From contig CAZYOA010000005.1 of the NCBI GenBank assembly GCA_964648665.1, forward strand, positions 22,822 through 86,821: a stretch of 64,000 nucleotides of DNA, in the 5' to 3' direction. Of this stretch, positions 61,277 to 64,000 are shown one piece after another. The translations under genes were made by a program, and so were the position numbers. Source of the stretch: an uncultured Planctomycetales bacterium. GTDB lineage: Bacteria > Omnitrophota > Gorgyraeia > Zapsychrales > Aceulaceae. Each line of letters begins with the position of its first letter. Positions within the stretch are counted from its first letter, which is position 1. The notes under the pieces were generated by a model. The model saw only the letters and a list, made by a program, of their open reading frames with translations, was not told where the DNA came from and searched no databases.

Positions 61277-64000
61277 ATGTGTGATTTAAAAAGGTGCGGC
61301 AAGAAGTCTTTCTTGTCAAAAATTGTTTCTGTTGTTGTTCTATTAAGTTTTCTTTTCTTCAGTGTTATTCCTCCCGGATATGCACAAAATATTCAACTTC
61401 CTTCTGTAGGTTCCTTGGTTCCCTTAAGTCCAGTTTTTCAACCAGCTGTTTTACGTGGCATTCAGGTAGATCCTTTTAAGCATCTTGAGCTTAGCTTTAT
61501 TGTAGATGCTGGAGAGAGTGGTCTGACTGGTGATAAACTTCAAGATCAGACAAATGAGTTGATTCATTATTTCTTAGCTTCATTGGCAATCCCCGAAGAA
61601 GATTTATGGGTAAACCTTTCTCCTTATGAGAATGATCGCGTTGTTCCAGATGCGCTTGGAAAGACTGAAATGGGCAGGGATTTGTTAGCTCAGGATTATA
61701 TTTTAAAACAAGTCACGGCTTCGCTTCTTTATCCTGATGACGAGCTAGGTAAGCAATTTTGGCAAAGGGTTTATAAAAAAGCTTATGAGCAATATGGCAC
61801 AACAAACATCCCGGTTAATACTTTTAATAAGGTTTGGATTTTGCCTGGAAAAGTAAAAATTTATGAGGAAAATGACAGAGCTATTATTACTGAAGCCAAT
61901 ATGAAAGTTATGCTTGAGGAGGATTATTTATCTAAGGAAAATAACTTAGAGGTTGATGCTCAAGCTGAGGCTAATGAAACTGCAAAGTTATCATCTGAAA
62001 TTATTCGAGAGATTGTTATTCCAGAGATTGAAAAAGAAATTAATGAAGGAAAGAATTTTGCCAAGGTTCGACAAATTTATTATTCGCTTGTGTTAGCGCA
62101 TTGGTTTAAGACAAAACTTAAGAATGTTTTGTTAAATAAAATCTTTGCAGATCTTTCCAAAACAAAAGGCTTTGAATCAAAAAATCCAGAGGTTATTGAT
62201 AAGATTTATGATCAGTACGTGGAATCTTTTAAAAAAGGTGTCTGCAATATTTTGCGTATTGATTTTGATGAAAATGAAAAAAAGTATATTCCGAGAAAGT
62301 ATTTTTCTGGTGGAGCTTCCTTGATAATACCAGAAGATTCTATTGAGCCTGCTACAGCAGGGAGCGCTATTAAAGTATTAAGAACAGCGGCAAAGTTAGG
62401 AACTCTTCTTTTGGCAGGTGTTTTGCTTTCTTTTGCCACATTAACTGGAAAAGCAGCAACGGCAAATAATTCGAATGATGATCATAATCTTAAAATAGAA
62501 GCAACAACAGCATTTGGAGACAATGTTTATGATGCGAATGCAGAATTCACCGATACTGGGCTTGAAGGTCCACCTTTAGATGGAGATGGTGCTTCAGCGG
62601 ATGATTTCGATATTCCACTTGGAAAAGTTGTATTAAGCGCAGATACGCTCCAGCAAGCATTTCAGACAGAAACACCTTTTGAAGTAGGGGATGTTTTAAA
62701 ATCTGCACGAGGGAATGCTGAATTAAAAGTTGGGAAAGTTGTCCCAGTGACGATCAAGAATGGAAAGAATCATATTCCAGTGGATGTTGTCTGGGGTGTT
62801 GTGAAAGAAAACGGGAGGACTTATGAAGTTTTCTTTGTGCAACTTCAAAATCCAAGTCCGGATTTTCATCGAGGACACATGACGTATTCACATTCTTTGC
62901 ATGGCCTTATTAATGCAGCAATTGCAGATCCAGCATTTGAAGCAACGCTTTTAGAAGCTTCTGGAAAGACAATCCAGGATTTTAAGAATGAACTTCAAGA
63001 CATCCTATCTGGAAAGCAAGCAACTGTTATTCAAAATCACAGCTATATGAATCCGAGCGGTATAGAGAATCCTTATCAAATGAGCATCGGTGCTTTGTGT
63101 TTTATTGACAAATCTTTGGTTATTCTTCCACCTATTTCAAAGCTTGATCCTTTGCCTTTTCTTGGTTGGGAGGTTGGTTACAAAGCGGTTATGGAGAAAA
63201 ATGAAGATGTAGAACAAGTCGTGGTCATCAACAAAAATACTTTTGATGTTAAGGTTTCTGGTGAATGGAGATTGGTTTCAACGGCGCAAGGACAAGACGC
63301 TAGAGACTTAAACAATGTACTTAATTTAATTAAAGGTTTTGCTGGAGACGCTTCGAAAGGAAGCTTGAGCGATTGGACAGCTTCAGGTGAGAATTTTTTT
63401 GATCAATTTCAAAAGATCGATGAACTGGCAGATCAGGCATCTGAAGCAGGTCAGCAAATTGTAGGAGATTCTCAAAATTCACTTGAGACTTTAGCGCAAA
63501 AAGATAGCGTGCTTTTTAATATCTTAAATCTTGTTGTTCCAAATTTCTTACAACAAGTAGAAAAGAATGCCAATGATTTAAGCGGCACAATGACATCTAA
63601 TGTTGAAAATGCTAGAGGGGACGCGCAGAGCGCTTTGGATGAAGCCCAGCGTGGCATGAGTCAGGATCAGTTAGCCTATCTTGGATTTATTTCTCAGCTT
63701 TTAGATAATCCTTATGTGCAAAAGAAAGCAGATAGTTTCATCAATCAGTTAGTCGAAAATAGCTATGCTCAAGCAGCTGGCGGTTCTTTGAGCGCAGGAA
63801 CAAACGCAGAAATTAGTGATGTTGCTACACAGATTGCAGGGACGAAGATGGAATATTCGGCTACCGATAAAGATGGAAAAATACAATCTTATTCCTTTAC
63901 TATGCGCCAGATTACGTCTTTAAGGTATTTGCTTTCACTTGATATAAATTTGTTAGCGCAAGGAAATGCCGGATTTGATGAGAGAACAGAAAGTCTTCTC
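61277..64000 (+). CDS. Giant family protein 4 (3'-partial; more than 908 aa, runs off the window). Not in the supplied ORF track
   Basis: Hand translation from the ATG at 61277 (AAAGGAGG RBS) gives MCDLKRCGKKSFLSKIV...LRGIQVDPFKHLELSFIVDAG...EDLWVNLSPYENDRVVP...LAQDYILKQVTASLLYPDDELGKQFWQRVYKKAYEQYGTTNIPVNTFNKVWI...PRKYFSGG. That is the family N-module. I found no stop codon in this frame through nt 64000. Confidence 0.85.
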   Translation, partial: MCDLKRCGKKSFLSKIVSVVVLLSFLFFSVIPPGYAQNIQLPSVGSLVPLSPVFQPAVLRGIQVDPFKHLELSFIVDAGESGLTGDKLQDQTNELIHYFLASLAIPEEDLWVNLSPYENDRVVPDALGKTEMGRDLLAQDYILKQVTASLLYPDDELGKQFWQRVYKKAYEQYGTTNIPVNTFNKVWILPGKVKIYEENDRAIITEANMKVMLEEDYLSKENNLEVDAQAEANETAKLSSEIIREIVIPEIEKEINEGKNFAKVRQIYYSLVLAHWFKTKLKNVLLNKIFADLSKTKGFESKNPEVIDKIYDQYVESFKKGVCNILRIDFDENEKKYIPRKYFSGGASLIIPEDSIEPATAGSAIKVLRTAAKLGTLLLAGVLLSFATLTGKAATANNSNDDHNLKIEATTAFGDNVYDANAEFTDTGLEGPPLDGDGASADDFDIPLGKVVLSADTLQQAFQTETPFEVGDVLKSARGNAELKVGKVVPVTIKNGKNHIPVDVVWGVVKENGRTYEVFFVQLQNPSPDFHRGHMTYSHSLHGLINAAIADPAFEATLLEASGKTIQDFKNELQDILSGKQATVIQNHSYMNPSGIENPYQMSIGALCFIDKSLVILPPISKLDPLPFLGWEVGYKAVMEKNEDVEQVVVINKNTFDVKVSGEWRLVSTAQGQDARDLNNVLNLIKGFAGDASKGSLSDWTASGENFFDQFQKIDELADQASEAGQQIVGDSQNSLETLAQKDSVLFNILNLVVPNFLQQVEKNANDLSGTMTSNVENARGDAQSALDEAQRGMSQDQLAYLGFISQLLDNPYVQKKADSFINQLVENSYAQAAGGSLSAGTNAEISDVATQIAGTKMEYSATDKDGKIQSYSFTMRQITSLRYLLSLDINLLAQGNAGFDERTESLL

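Noticed and set aside
61294-61479. 61-aa + strand ORF from the supplied track (MRQEVFLVKNCFCCC...)
   Set aside because: It is an alternative frame of the 5' end of giant gene 4. The frame starting at 61277 encodes the conserved family N-module and stays open to the window end, so this short ORF is spurious.
1-64000. Extreme coding-strand bias (all but one gene on the + strand) as a special feature; also CRISPR arrays and rRNA
   Set aside because: Strand bias of this kind is common for leading-strand regions in small, streamlined genomes and cannot be interpreted without the replication origin. No spaced direct-repeat array or rRNA-like sequence was seen on reading through.

Overview
AT-rich (by eye about one-third GC) bacterial chromosomal segment. 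All convincing genes but one lie on the + strand, and many have overlapping or abutting stop/start codons. From about 1 to 33 kb it is ordinary core genome of a diderm bacterium. Genes there include a TPR protein, TatD, an NfnA/NfnB-like oxidoreductase pair, panB, a MOSC protein, glyQS, ppdK, a sigma-70 factor, apt, tRNA-Arg(CCU), a beta-barrel OMP, a GT2 glycosyltransferase and prmA. The same region also holds a GGQ rescue-factor-like protein, moeA-moaC-apbE, alpha-glucan phosphorylase, thyA-folA, a REC-EAL regulator, a CNNM/CorC transporter and hldD. A few oddities sit in this part: a ParA ATPase fused to a CBM48 glycogen-binding domain, a pilin-like protein with a Cys-rich domain, an HTH-less LacI-type domain coupled to the sigma gene, and an NfnA-like protein that seems to have lost its Fe-S ligands. 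From 33 to 64 kb is the interesting part: a tandem family of giant genes of 2207 aa, 3262 aa, about 2170 aa (frameshifted) and more than 908 aa (runs off the window). These share a roughly 350-aa N-terminal module flanked by two signal-peptide-like hydrophobic segments. The three complete copies also share a roughly 90-aa C-terminal module, while their central regions are largely unrelated. The family is embedded in a segmentally duplicated accessory cassette: coiled-coil protein 3' end, small protein, lipoprotein, PadR regulator, then giant-gene 5' end. A chimeric ORF marks the recombination junction. A conserved palindrome plus promoter lies upstream of three of the giant genes. No CRISPR array, transposase, integrase or rRNA was seen. 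The lineage cannot be determined here; low GC, diderm markers and giant ORFs would fit an Omnitrophota-like candidate phylum, but that is only a guess.
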